Below, in pieces: positions 54,996-64,000 of a DNA stretch of 64,000 nt (the stretch's first letter is position 1; every line of letters begins with the position of its first letter). The notes beneath the pieces were generated by a model that was given only the letters and a program-made list of their open reading frames with translations, was not told the origin of the DNA and made no database searches. This DNA is from a bacterium (GTDB taxonomy: Bacteria > Patescibacteriota > Dojkabacteria > SC72). The stretch spans positions 169,281 through 233,280 of the forward strand of contig JALHDC010000001.1 in the NCBI GenBank assembly GCA_022840695.1, read 5' to 3'. A program made the translations under genes and the position numbers.

Positions 54996-55858
54996 AAATC
55001 TTAATACTCGGTTGCGATGGTATGTTAGGTCATGTAGTTAAGCAGTACTTCAATGAAAGAGGTTCTGATGTTATCTGTACAACTAGAAGGGATGAAAAAT
55101 CACCCCTATATTTTGATATAACAAATAGTGTCTCGGGTATTAATACTATTGTAGATAGAGAAAAGCCTGATGTATTAATAAATTGTATTGGAATACTGAA
55201 TAAAGTTTGTGAAGAGAATAAAGCTTTAGCAGTTTTAATAAATAGCTATCTTCCTCACTATCTAGATAGACTCTCAGAAGAAAAGAATTTCAAATTTATA
55301 CATGTAAGTACAGATTGTGTTTTTGATGGAGAGGTAGGGAATTACAATGAAACAGATTTTCCTAATGCAAAAGATATGTATGGAAGATCCAAGGCATTAG
55401 GTGAGGTTATAAATGATAGAAGTGTTACATTAAGAACATCAATAGTAGGTCCAGATATAAATGAAAATGGTATAGGTCTTTTTAAATGGTTTATGGATCA
55501 AGAAGGTGAAATAGGTGGTTATGATAAAGTCATATGGACAGGGGTTACAACCATATGGTTTGCTAAGTGTATGGAGATAGCCATAGAGAAGAATTTAACT
55601 GGGTTACATCATTGTGTAAATAATGAAACAATAAGTAAGCATGATTTACTAAATCTATTTAAAAAGCATTTTAATAAAGATATAGAAATAAATGTAAATT
55701 CTGAAGTTGAAAGTAAAAAAACATTAGTTAGAACTGACTTGAGTTATGATTTTGGAATCCCAAGTTATGACAAAATGGTAGAAGAAATGAAAGAATGGGT
55801 ATTGGAACATAAGGATTTGTATCCAGAGCTAATTAAGAAAATGAAAGTTAATAAATAA
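54992..55858 (+). CDS. NAD(P)-dependent sugar-nucleotide 4-reductase, RmlD/WbvR-like (second step of a UDP-6-deoxy-L-HexNAc pathway)
   Basis: 288 aa Rossmann fold (KILILGCDGMLGH), RmlD-like length and YxxxK region (MYGRSKALGE). Translationally coupled to the CapE-like gene. Confidence 0.55.
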   Translation: MKILILGCDGMLGHVVKQYFNERGSDVICTTRRDEKSPLYFDITNSVSGINTIVDREKPDVLINCIGILNKVCEENKALAVLINSYLPHYLDRLSEEKNFKFIHVSTDCVFDGEVGNYNETDFPNAKDMYGRSKALGEVINDRSVTLRTSIVGPDINENGIGLFKWFMDQEGEIGGYDKVIWTGVTTIWFAKCMEIAIEKNLTGLHHCVNNETISKHDLLNLFKKHFNKDIEINVNSEVESKKTLVRTDLSYDFGIPSYDKMVEEMKEWVLEHKDLYPELIKKMKVNK

Positions 55859-55863
55859 ATTAA

Positions 55864-56985
55864 TTGGTTTTCAATATGAAAGTAATGACTATAGTGGGTA
55901 CAAGACCTGAAATTATTAAACTCTCTTGCGTAATTGAGGAATTAGATAAATATACGGACCATGTCTTAGTTCATACTGGACAGAATTATGATTATGAATT
56001 GAATGAAATATTTTTTGAGCAAATGGGTATCAGGAAACCAGATATATTTATGGAGGCTGCAGGAGAGACACCTGCTGAAACCATAGGGAATGTTATAAAA
56101 ATATCTGATGACCTATTTAAAGAGCATAAACCAGATGCTTTGTTAATCTATGGAGATACAAACTCCTGTCTATCCATAATATCAGCAAAGAGAAATAAAA
56201 TTCCTGTATTCCATATGGAAGCAGGTAACAGATGTTTTGATCAAAGAGTTCCAGAAGAAATTAACAGAAAAATAGTAGACCATCTAAGTGATATTAATAT
56301 GACAATAACGGAGCATGCTAGGAAGTATTTAGTATCAGAAGGTATTAGACCTGAAACAGTAATTAAGGTTGGTTCAAGTATGAAAGAGGTTTTAGAAAAA
56401 CAAAAGGAAAGTATAGAGAAGAGTAAGGTATTAGAGGAATTAGAGGTGAAACCTAAAGAATATTTTGTTCTAAGTACTCATAGGGAAGAGAATCTAGATG
56501 ATCCTAAGAATTTAGATTTTTTAGTGGAATCTATAAATGCTGTTGCAGAGAAGTATAAAATGCCTATTATCTTTTCTACTCATCCTAGAACCCAGAAAAA
56601 GATAGATGCAGGAGATATTAAATTTAATCCATTAGTAAAGATTATGAAGCCTTTGGGTTTTGCAGATTATATTACTTTACAAAAGAATGCATTTTGTGTT
56701 ATTTCTGATAGTGGAACTATTACAGAAGAATCTTCATTGTTAGGTTTTCCTGCAATTACAGTAAGGCAGGCTCATGAGAGACCAGAAGGTATGGATGAAG
56801 GAACGGTAATTATGAGCAACTTAGATAAGGAAAGTGTATTGGATAGTATAAAGGTAGTAACAGAACAGAATGTTAGGATGAATGTAGTTAGTGATTATGA
56901 TAATGATATTTTAGCTAGTAAAATAGTTAGAATAATACTAAGTTATACAGGATATATTAATAGGACTGTATGGAAGAAGTATTAA
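55864..56985 (+). CDS. UDP-N-acetylglucosamine 2-epimerase, non-hydrolysing (WecB/FnlC/WbvD family)
   Basis: VMTIVGTRPEIIKL, HTGQNYDYELNEIFF, GDTNS, HMEAGNRCFDQRVPEEINRKIVDHLSDIN, SDSGTITEESSLLGFPAITVRQAHERPEG. Confidence 0.85.
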   Translation: MVFNMKVMTIVGTRPEIIKLSCVIEELDKYTDHVLVHTGQNYDYELNEIFFEQMGIRKPDIFMEAAGETPAETIGNVIKISDDLFKEHKPDALLIYGDTNSCLSIISAKRNKIPVFHMEAGNRCFDQRVPEEINRKIVDHLSDINMTITEHARKYLVSEGIRPETVIKVGSSMKEVLEKQKESIEKSKVLEELEVKPKEYFVLSTHREENLDDPKNLDFLVESINAVAEKYKMPIIFSTHPRTQKKIDAGDIKFNPLVKIMKPLGFADYITLQKNAFCVISDSGTITEESSLLGFPAITVRQAHERPEGMDEGTVIMSNLDKESVLDSIKVVTEQNVRMNVVSDYDNDILASKIVRIILSYTGYINRTVWKKY

Positions 56986-57059
56986 AAAGATTATCGCTTT
57001 AAGAAGGTAGCTATCCAGGCATTCGTTGTCATTATAAATTTATATAAAAAGTTTTTCTA

Positions 57060-58487
57060 ATGAATTTTAAAAAGAATAAGAATAATGTAAAGGCATTTAT
57101 GGATCTAGAGGCAGGTAATAGGAATTATTGGATAAAAAGAGCAAAATATTATTATTCCGATTTGAGCAATTTTCTTATAAAGAATATTTCTTCCTCAGAA
57201 AGTATTTTAGAGGTAGGGTGTGGGATTGGTAATTTGATAGGAAAATTTAAAGCAAAAAGATTAGTAGGTGTTGATATCTCTCAAATAATGATAGATGAGG
57301 CTAAAAAGAATAATCCAGAAGTAGAGTTTTACAATATAAATATTGAAAGTAAATTTCAATTAAAAGGTAAGTTTGATCAAATAATAATTTCCGACACAAT
57401 TGGTTATTTTGAAGATGTTCAAAAAGTATTCACCAATCTAAAACCTCTTACACATAGTGGTACTAGAATAATAATAACTTATCAGAACTTCTTATGGAAT
57501 TGGTTATTGAGTATTTTAGAAATTTTACGTTTGAAAATGCCAACAAAGAACATAAAATTAAATTGGCTAGAAATTGAAGACATAAATAATCTACTTCGTC
57601 TATCGGGCTTTGAAGTTGTTAAAACTGGAAGAAGGATGCTTTTTCCAATCAACATACCATTATTATCTTATTTCATAAATAAATATATAGCGAATCTGCC
57701 TTTAATAAATAATCTTTGTTTGACTACCTATGTAATTGCAAGACCACTAGAACCAAAGGAAAAAGAAGTTGGTGTAAGTATAATTATTCCTGCTAGAAAC
57801 GAAAAAGGGAACATAGAAGAAGCAATTAATAGACTGCCGAATTTTGGAGCATGGCAAGAGATAATTTTTGTAGAGGGCCATTCCAGTGATGGTACTTATG
57901 AAGAAATCAAGAGGGTCTCCCAAAAATACCGAGGAGACTATATAATTAAATATTTTAGACAAGAAGGTAAGGGCAAAGGAGATGCAGTGAGAAAGGGTTT
58001 TGATAAGGCCAAAGGCGAGATATTAATGATTCAAGATGCAGATTTGACAGCCCCTCCTGAGGATTTGCCAAAATTTTATAATGCTATTGTTACTGGATTA
58101 GGCGAATTCATCAATGGCAGTAGATTAGTATATCCATTGGAAAAAGATTCTATGAGATTTCTTAATATCCTTGGAAACAAAATCTTTTCAATTTTATTTT
58201 CCTGGCTTTTATCCCAAAGAGTAAAAGATACACTTTGTGGTACGAAAGTAATTTCCAAAGAAAATTGGAAAAAAATATCTGCAAACAGAAAATATTTTGG
58301 AGATTTTGATCCTTTTGGAGATTTTGATTTAATTTTTGGAGCCACAAAATTAAATCTAAAATATGTAGAAATTCCTGTCAGATATAAAGCAAGAACCTAT
58401 GGATCAACAAATATCTCTAGATTTAAACATGGTTTACTATTGATTAAAATGGTATTCTTTGCAATGGGAAAAATAAAATTTGTATAA
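57060..58487 (+). CDS. Fusion protein: class I SAM-dependent methyltransferase (N-terminal) plus family-2 glycosyltransferase (C-terminal)
   Basis: Motif I ILEVGCGIGNLIG. GT2 block VSIIIPARNEKGNIEEAINRL ... MIQDADLTAPPEDL (DxD). Confidence 0.6.
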   Translation: MNFKKNKNNVKAFMDLEAGNRNYWIKRAKYYYSDLSNFLIKNISSSESILEVGCGIGNLIGKFKAKRLVGVDISQIMIDEAKKNNPEVEFYNINIESKFQLKGKFDQIIISDTIGYFEDVQKVFTNLKPLTHSGTRIIITYQNFLWNWLLSILEILRLKMPTKNIKLNWLEIEDINNLLRLSGFEVVKTGRRMLFPINIPLLSYFINKYIANLPLINNLCLTTYVIARPLEPKEKEVGVSIIIPARNEKGNIEEAINRLPNFGAWQEIIFVEGHSSDGTYEEIKRVSQKYRGDYIIKYFRQEGKGKGDAVRKGFDKAKGEILMIQDADLTAPPEDLPKFYNAIVTGLGEFINGSRLVYPLEKDSMRFLNILGNKIFSILFSWLLSQRVKDTLCGTKVISKENWKKISANRKYFGDFDPFGDFDLIFGATKLNLKYVEIPVRYKARTYGSTNISRFKHGLLLIKMVFFAMGKIKFV

Positions 58488-59226
58488 TTATTCTATGAAA
58501 GAAGAAGATCAAAGGTTAGAAAATGAGATTAATCATGGGAAATTTATTGCTAAACATGGTGAGGAAATTTGGAATTGGTCTTCTCCAGCAGGAAAAGTAA
58601 GATGGCAAAGAAGAGTAGACATTTTCAAAGATTATATTGGTAACAAAAACAAAAAAATATTGGAGATTGGATGTGGAACGGGTTTGTTTACATCAGAAAT
58701 TGCTTGTACAAGCAATCAAATTGTTGCAATAGATATTTCAAAAGATTTACTTGATATCGCAAGGAGAAAAGTGAATAAAAAAAATGTTGTATTTCAAATA
58801 GAAAATGCTTATAAATCATCTTTTAAGGATAAGTCTTTTGATTTTATAGTTGGTAGCTCAGTATTACATCATTTAGATGAAGATTTAGCCTTGCAAGAAT
58901 TCTTCAGAGTATTAAAAGATGGTGGGAAAATTATCTTTACAGAACCTAATATACTGAATCCACAAATCGCTTTACAAAAAAATATTGCCTTTATTAAGAA
59001 AGCTGTTGGAGACTCTCCGGATGAAAAGGCTTTCTTAAAATGGTCTCTTGAAAAGAAATTAAAAAAATATGGATTTAAAGACATAGAGATAATAAATTTT
59101 GATTTTCTCCACCCGGCAATTCCGAAGTTTATGCTATCTATTATGAGAAAAATTACATACATTATTGAAAAAATTCCTGTAATAAAGTTAATCAGTGGTT
59201 CCTTAATTATAAAAGCATCAAAGTAA
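58480..59226 (+). CDS. Class I SAM-dependent methyltransferase
   Basis: ILEIGCGTGLFTSEIA (motif I), DFIVGSSVLHHL (motif II/III). Confidence 0.6.
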   Translation: MYNYSMKEEDQRLENEINHGKFIAKHGEEIWNWSSPAGKVRWQRRVDIFKDYIGNKNKKILEIGCGTGLFTSEIACTSNQIVAIDISKDLLDIARRKVNKKNVVFQIENAYKSSFKDKSFDFIVGSSVLHHLDEDLALQEFFRVLKDGGKIIFTEPNILNPQIALQKNIAFIKKAVGDSPDEKAFLKWSLEKKLKKYGFKDIEIINFDFLHPAIPKFMLSIMRKITYIIEKIPVIKLISGSLIIKASK

Positions 59227-59231
59227 GAGAT

Positions 59232-59885
59232 ATGAAAAATGTAAAATTTGTTGTGCCAAGGAAAGGTGTCCTCACTTCAAACGGTCCGAGTGATCCTATT
59301 GATTTCTATTACAAACCTATATCTAAAAGTATGTATATTGGTCGTATACAAGTGGGACTTGATTTATTAAAATCTCATTATAAAAGAGTTATGGAATTTG
59401 GTTATGGTAGTGCAATTTTGTTCCCAACTTTGGATATAATTTCTGATGAATTATTTGGTTTAGATATCGACTCTGAACCAAAGATCATTTCCGAAAACAT
59501 CGCAGATTTAAATTTAAAAAACAAACCTATCTTAAGTCAGAAGGATTTGATAAAGGAGGGATATCCTGATAACTATTTTGACCTAATTGTAGCATTTTCG
59601 GTTTTTGAACATATTAAAAATCCTAATAAATTATTGAAAGAATTGTATAGAATAATGAGACCCAAGGGACAGTTATTAGTTGGTATGCCAAGGGTTGATA
59701 AATATATGAAACAGTTATTTAAATTGATAGGATTTGATAAAATCGATGACCATCATGTGGCAAGACATCAAGATTTTGTAATTAATGCAGCTAAATATTT
59801 TGAATTAATAGACAAACAACATTTTCCAAAGTGTTGCCCAGAAATATGCGGATTATATTTTAATATGCTCTTCGAAAAGAAATGA
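59232..59885 (+). CDS. Class I SAM-dependent methyltransferase (type 11-like)
   Basis: VMEFGYGSAIL and DLIVAFSVFEHIKNPNKLLKELYRIMRPKGQLLV. Confidence 0.5.
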   Translation: MKNVKFVVPRKGVLTSNGPSDPIDFYYKPISKSMYIGRIQVGLDLLKSHYKRVMEFGYGSAILFPTLDIISDELFGLDIDSEPKIISENIADLNLKNKPILSQKDLIKEGYPDNYFDLIVAFSVFEHIKNPNKLLKELYRIMRPKGQLLVGMPRVDKYMKQLFKLIGFDKIDDHHVARHQDFVINAAKYFELIDKQHFPKCCPEICGLYFNMLFEKK

Positions 59886-61267
59886 GAAGAAGACTATATG
59901 AATTTTTGGACAAATATAAGTTTTTCATTATTCTTGTCCTTATAATTTGTTTTTGGGTTGTACGATTACCTCTGTTTAATGAGAAATTTGGCTGGCATAT
60001 ATGGGAAGATGGAAATGGATTAGATACAGCAATTTTTGTAAATCAACCATTGTATCCTAATTATAGTTTAAGTGGAAGAATAAATGGTAAAGAATTATAT
60101 TTTCCAATTGTGGGGCATCCTTTGTTGCCATATGAAATGTTCAGATTACTTGGTAAATTTGTCAATTTTTTTCTTCCTTTCGAGAATTTCTCGGCTGAAC
60201 ATACTGTACTCTCTATAAAAATAATGGTTACTTCTTTTCAATTCTTAATATACTTCTTGATAGGTTTACAATTATTCAAGAGAGTTGAGAATCCTTTGAA
60301 AAAGACTTTATCATTTATTTTATTATTCCTATTAACCTGTGCTCCTATTTCCATATACAATTCGAATGAATTTCAAATAGATAGTTTTTGGGGATTCTTG
60401 ATGATAGGACTATTTTTTCTTGCATTTATTAACTTCCTTAATTACAAAAAAATGTTTCCAGGAATCTTTCTTCTCTTGTCATCAGCCTTTGTTGGCTTTG
60501 GAAAAAACGAGTGGAGTCTAATGTTAATTCCTTCCTGTATCTTTATTCTTTTGTTATATGTAGTTATTCAGAAATTGATGGAAAAAGAGAAATTTGATAG
60601 CTTCTTTATTAAAACAATTGTAATTGTTGTTGTTGGGAACCTGGTAGGTAATTTCATAAATTACTTACTTGATCCACAAATGTACATAAGTGGAATTAAT
60701 TTGATTGTTAAAATGGTTACAATTGGAACCATGTCTGGTGCTCCAAATACAGTTTCCTGGTTCGATGTTTTTGTTATTAGAATCCCGTTTATTAGTACTT
60801 GTATATTACTTGTATTTCTCATATTACTTTTTATTTGCCAATATAGGAAGAAAATCGATTATTATTATCTATTTTTATTTATTTACAGTTTTTCTTTATT
60901 TTTTGCTTTTTTTATATCCTCATGGGGAAATTATTCAAGATACTTTGCTCCCAGCTTAATAGGGTTGATATATGTATTTTTGCTTTATTTCACGACGTAT
61001 AAAATTAATAAGACCAATATAGTTGCAATAATAATTACAATGTTGATTACGATTTTTTTTGGTTATAAACAGATTAAGGAATTTCATATACAATCAAAAA
61101 ACAGTGAATATTTTAGTGTTGTGAAAGATCCTTCTTTGAACTGTATACCATTAATAGATGTTGGAAGAGTTTATAAAAATAAGGAAATAGACTTCATCCA
61201 TCTCTCAATTGGCTATTCAGAAGCACAGAAGATCGCAGATGATTTTGGGAAGGAGGTGTGTAGGTGA
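59882..61267 (+). CDS. Large polytopic membrane protein (about 12 TM). Possibly a GT-C-type glycosyltransferase or polymer polymerase; not assignable.
   Basis: 461 aa, highly hydrophobic, embedded in the glycan cluster. Confidence 0.3.
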   Translation: MRRRLYEFLDKYKFFIILVLIICFWVVRLPLFNEKFGWHIWEDGNGLDTAIFVNQPLYPNYSLSGRINGKELYFPIVGHPLLPYEMFRLLGKFVNFFLPFENFSAEHTVLSIKIMVTSFQFLIYFLIGLQLFKRVENPLKKTLSFILLFLLTCAPISIYNSNEFQIDSFWGFLMIGLFFLAFINFLNYKKMFPGIFLLLSSAFVGFGKNEWSLMLIPSCIFILLLYVVIQKLMEKEKFDSFFIKTIVIVVVGNLVGNFINYLLDPQMYISGINLIVKMVTIGTMSGAPNTVSWFDVFVIRIPFISTCILLVFLILLFICQYRKKIDYYYLFLFIYSFSLFFAFFISSWGNYSRYFAPSLIGLIYVFLLYFTTYKINKTNIVAIIITMLITIFFGYKQIKEFHIQSKNSEYFSVVKDPSLNCIPLIDVGRVYKNKEIDFIHLSIGYSEAQKIADDFGKEVCR

Positions 61268-61401
61268 TCTCAAAGATATTTCAGCAATGCTGTAATCTTT
61301 TAGTCTTGTATTGCTAAATATATTGAATGTTGTTCTGTAAGTACTCCCTAATATTACGAATTTGGATAGTTAACACCTATGTGTTATTATACAAAACATA
61401 A

Positions 61402-61674
61402 ATGCAAAAGACATTCAATACAAATAAAAATAATTATAACTTCCAAGAATCTCAGAAATTGTTAAGTGAAGTTTCAATATTACTCGCAAATATAACTAAG
61501 TATGTAGAAGGAAGAGAAGAATATATTATCTATTTAGAAAAACAAATAAAAGAACATGATAAAATTCGATTTTTATTAAAAAAGATTGGAAGATTAGTTA
61601 TTTGCAACATTAGGAAAAGAGTTTCTTTTGTCATCAATAAAATTAAGGATAAATTTAAATCATATATTAAATGA
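61402..61674 (+). CDS. Hypothetical small protein
   Basis: 90-aa ORF overlapping the next gene by 4 nt. Confidence 0.2.
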   Translation: MQKTFNTNKNNYNFQESQKLLSEVSILLANITKYVEGREEYIIYLEKQIKEHDKIRFLLKKIGRLVICNIRKRVSFVINKIKDKFKSYIK

Positions 61675-62897
61675 AGATATTGCAGGTAAACGATATAGAT
61701 TTGCCAGGCAGAAGATTTAATGGTTATGATCTACAATTAATGCTTAATGAAAATGGACATGAGGCTAAGCAGATAGTAATGAATAAACTTAGTAGAGATA
61801 ATAATGTTATTTCTTTGATTAATACCCAAGGAGGCCATTTTATAAGAGAGAAGTGTAGGGAGTTTGAAGAGAGGATATCCTTACAATCAGTGGCTTATCC
61901 ATTTGGAGAACTTCTATTGGAATCAAAATTCTTCAAAAAAGCAGATATTGTTCATTATCACCTTATTTTCAATCACTTACTATCGCTGTATTCTTTTAAA
62001 GATTTGGTTAATGCAAAGCCTTCTGTTTGGACTTTGCATGATCCGTGGGCTTTGACAGGACATTGTGTCCATCCTGTAGATTGCCAAGGTTGGCTTACAG
62101 GTTGTAAAAATTGTCCTTATTTGGATAGATATTCTCCTTTAAATAAGGATAACTCAAATAGTATTTGGAATATGAAAAAAGAGATATATAAAAGTATTGA
62201 TATAGATATAGTTGTTTCTTCCCAGTGGATGTACGACATGGTAAAGAGAAGTCCATTAACTAAGCACTTTGAGAGAGTACATTTAATACCATTTGGAATA
62301 GATCTTGAACATTTTAAGGCTAGGAAGAATAAAGAAGAAATTAGGGAAAATTTGGGAATAAAGAAGGACTCTTTTGTTATGATGTTCAGACAAGATGATC
62401 AAGAGTGGAAGGGATTACCTTTTATTAAAGAGATGCTCAATAATTTAAAAGTGAACAAACATGTGACACTACTAACAGTTGGCAAAATTGGATTATTAGA
62501 AGAGTATAAGAGTAGGTATGATGTAATAGAATATGAATGGGTAAATGATAATAATTTTTTGGTTGATTTATATTCTGCAGCAGATTTATTTCTAATGCCT
62601 TCAGTAGCAGAATCCTTTGGAATGATGGCAATAGAAGCAATGGCTTGTTCTCTACCGGTAGTAGTAATGGAGGGGACTGCTTTGCCACGTGTTACTTTTG
62701 CACCAGAATTTGGAGTATCCTTTTCAAAAGGTAATATTTTTGAATTTACTCAAAAAGTTTCTGACTTAATTATGACTGAGGAAGAGTTGAGACATAGGCA
62801 ATCTATAGTAAGAAAAAAAATAGAGGAAAACTACGATATAAAAATTTATAATTCGAAGATTCTCAAGATGTATGAAAAAATATATTCTAAGAAATAA
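61671..62897 (+). CDS. Glycosyltransferase family 4 (GT-B, group 1)
   Basis: C-terminal EX7E region LMPSVAESFGMMAIEAMACSLPVVVME. Confidence 0.75.
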   Translation: MKILQVNDIDLPGRRFNGYDLQLMLNENGHEAKQIVMNKLSRDNNVISLINTQGGHFIREKCREFEERISLQSVAYPFGELLLESKFFKKADIVHYHLIFNHLLSLYSFKDLVNAKPSVWTLHDPWALTGHCVHPVDCQGWLTGCKNCPYLDRYSPLNKDNSNSIWNMKKEIYKSIDIDIVVSSQWMYDMVKRSPLTKHFERVHLIPFGIDLEHFKARKNKEEIRENLGIKKDSFVMMFRQDDQEWKGLPFIKEMLNNLKVNKHVTLLTVGKIGLLEEYKSRYDVIEYEWVNDNNFLVDLYSAADLFLMPSVAESFGMMAIEAMACSLPVVVMEGTALPRVTFAPEFGVSFSKGNIFEFTQKVSDLIMTEEELRHRQSIVRKKIEENYDIKIYNSKILKMYEKIYSKK

Positions 62898-62915
62898 GAT
62901 TATTAGAAAGATAAC

Positions 62916-63629
62916 TTGATTGAATTAATAAGTCCTAAAAGTGTAAAAAAAGAAATGGAATTAATCCAAGATTTTGATTCATTTGGACTTAAACATTTGG
63001 ATATTAATTCTCCTCTTGGCTGGAATTATATACTTGATCACACTTGGTTATACAGGATGATAGAGAATTACTTAAATACTTCCCTTATACGAGAGCCTGT
63101 TATTTTGGATGTAGGTTGTGGTAATTCATCATTTCATAATTTTGTTGAAGACAAATTGAATATTGAAGTTCTTGGTCTTGATAGACCTGCAGGTTATTGT
63201 CATCAAAATAAACTTAAAAATGTTGATTTCAATGTTGACTTTCTCAAGTTTAAAAAATATGCGGAGGAGACAGTCGATATTATATATTGGTTATCATCTA
63301 TTGAGCACAACAAATTGGATGATATTAAGGCTTTGTATGAAAAGAGTATGTATTTCTTACGACCAGGAGGACTTTTATTAGTAACATTTCCGATAAGTCA
63401 GGAGACATCTTGGTTTGATCAATCACAACAGACCAATATGTCTATAAAAACAGCCTTGAAAGTTTTTGAGGAGAAAAAAGTCTGTGGTCGTTACAAGAAA
63501 ACTCGTAAAGAATTTCAAAATAATATCTTGTACCTGAAGGACAAATATGAAAAAAGATATGGGAAATTTGATAGGAATGACCCTGAATTTATAGTGGGAG
63601 GCTTGTATAAAATTAAAGCATCTCTTTAG
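62916..63629 (+). CDS. Class I SAM-dependent methyltransferase
   Basis: VILDVGCGNSSFHNFV (motif I), VDIIYWLSSIEH, LRPGGLLLVTFP. Confidence 0.5.
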   Translation: MIELISPKSVKKEMELIQDFDSFGLKHLDINSPLGWNYILDHTWLYRMIENYLNTSLIREPVILDVGCGNSSFHNFVEDKLNIEVLGLDRPAGYCHQNKLKNVDFNVDFLKFKKYAEETVDIIYWLSSIEHNKLDDIKALYEKSMYFLRPGGLLLVTFPISQETSWFDQSQQTNMSIKTALKVFEEKKVCGRYKKTRKEFQNNILYLKDKYEKRYGKFDRNDPEFIVGGLYKIKASL

Positions 63630-64000
63630 ATATATGGTGTTTCGTCATTTTATCCCAGTAATCCTCTCCGTACTTTCTTTTTAGAATGTCTCTCATGTTT
63701 CGATCAGCTAGTGTAACTCTATCTCCTGCCGACATATTCATTCTTTTCATCTTGTATCCTATATTTGTGATTTTTGTTACATTTACTCTTTCGTCTATCC
63801 ATAAGCTTAGGTGATTCTTTCTAGCTAAATAACAGGTCTCAAGATCAATTCCCCAAGCATATACCAATTCGGGGTCAAACCATCCTATTTTGTCAAACCA
63901 ATCAGCACGAAACATAGAAGCTATATTATCAATCATCCAAGTTTCTCTAGGCTTCTTAGTATCTCTAGTTATCAAATGAGTCCAGTAGGTTGTGCTTTCT
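63613..64000 (-). CDS. Glycosyltransferase-like protein, C-terminal part (GT2-like). The reading frame stays open to the window end, so the gene is truncated by the window.
   Basis: WFDPELVYAWGIDLETCYLARKN resembles GT2 C-terminal regions. No stop codon lies between 63976 and 64000 in this frame. Confidence 0.35.
   Translation of the reverse strand, partial: ESTTYWTHLITRDTKKPRETWMIDNIASMFRADWFDKIGWFDPELVYAWGIDLETCYLARKNHLSLWIDERVNVTKITNIGYKMKRMNMSAGDRVTLADRNMRDILKRKYGEDYWDKMTKHHISKEML

Noticed and set aside
1-64000. CRISPR arrays, rRNA genes, self-splicing introns and prophage structural genes
   Set aside because: No regularly spaced direct repeats were seen, and no rRNA-like conserved segments. 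All long intergenic regions are explained by promoters, terminators, the RNase P RNA or the two tRNAs.

Overview
Low-GC (roughly 33%), gene-dense bacterial segment. The gene content suggests a Candidate Phyla Radiation (CPR)/Patescibacteria-like or similarly reduced genome: ribosomal protein L30 is missing between rpsE and rplO, several r-proteins carry lysine-rich tails, genes overlap tightly, and promoters are mostly extended-10 (TGnTATAAT). From start to end the window holds:
- the 3' half of the spc ribosomal operon (L24 C-terminus, L5, S14, S8, L6, L18, S5, L15, secY), followed by adk, then the alpha operon (infA, an unannotated rpmJ, rpsM, rpsK, rpsD, rpoA, rplQ) and rplM-rpsI
- a RelE-type toxin-antitoxin pair and a compact RNase P RNA
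- an orphan sensor histidine kinase module
- a radical-SAM/SPASM enzyme with an adjacent Cys-rich precursor peptide, a candidate RiPP (ribosomally synthesized, post-translationally modified peptide) cluster and the most interesting item here
- fmt, queA and tgt
- two REP-associated tyrosine transposase (RAYT/IS200-like) genes, one inside the ribosomal operon and one flanked by G/C palindromic REP-like repeats that supply the tgt stop codon
- rny, hup, pyrH, two GreA paralogs, tRNA-Glu, trmD, glyQS, lysS, a DHH-DHHA1 NrnA-like phosphoesterase, serS, a 2H phosphoesterase, miaA and tRNA-Pro
- a thioredoxin plus Trx-CcdA/DsbD-like fusion redox module, trmB and a split ABC exporter
- an extracytoplasmic redox/secreted cluster (cytochrome b5-like protein, ferredoxin, HIT, DsbA)
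- a VapBC-like pair
- a surface-glycan locus: UDP-6-deoxy-L-HexNAc pathway genes (CapE/FnlA-like, RmlD-like reductase, UDP-GlcNAc 2-epimerase), four SAM methyltransferases, GT2 and GT4 transferases
No CRISPR array or rRNA gene was seen.
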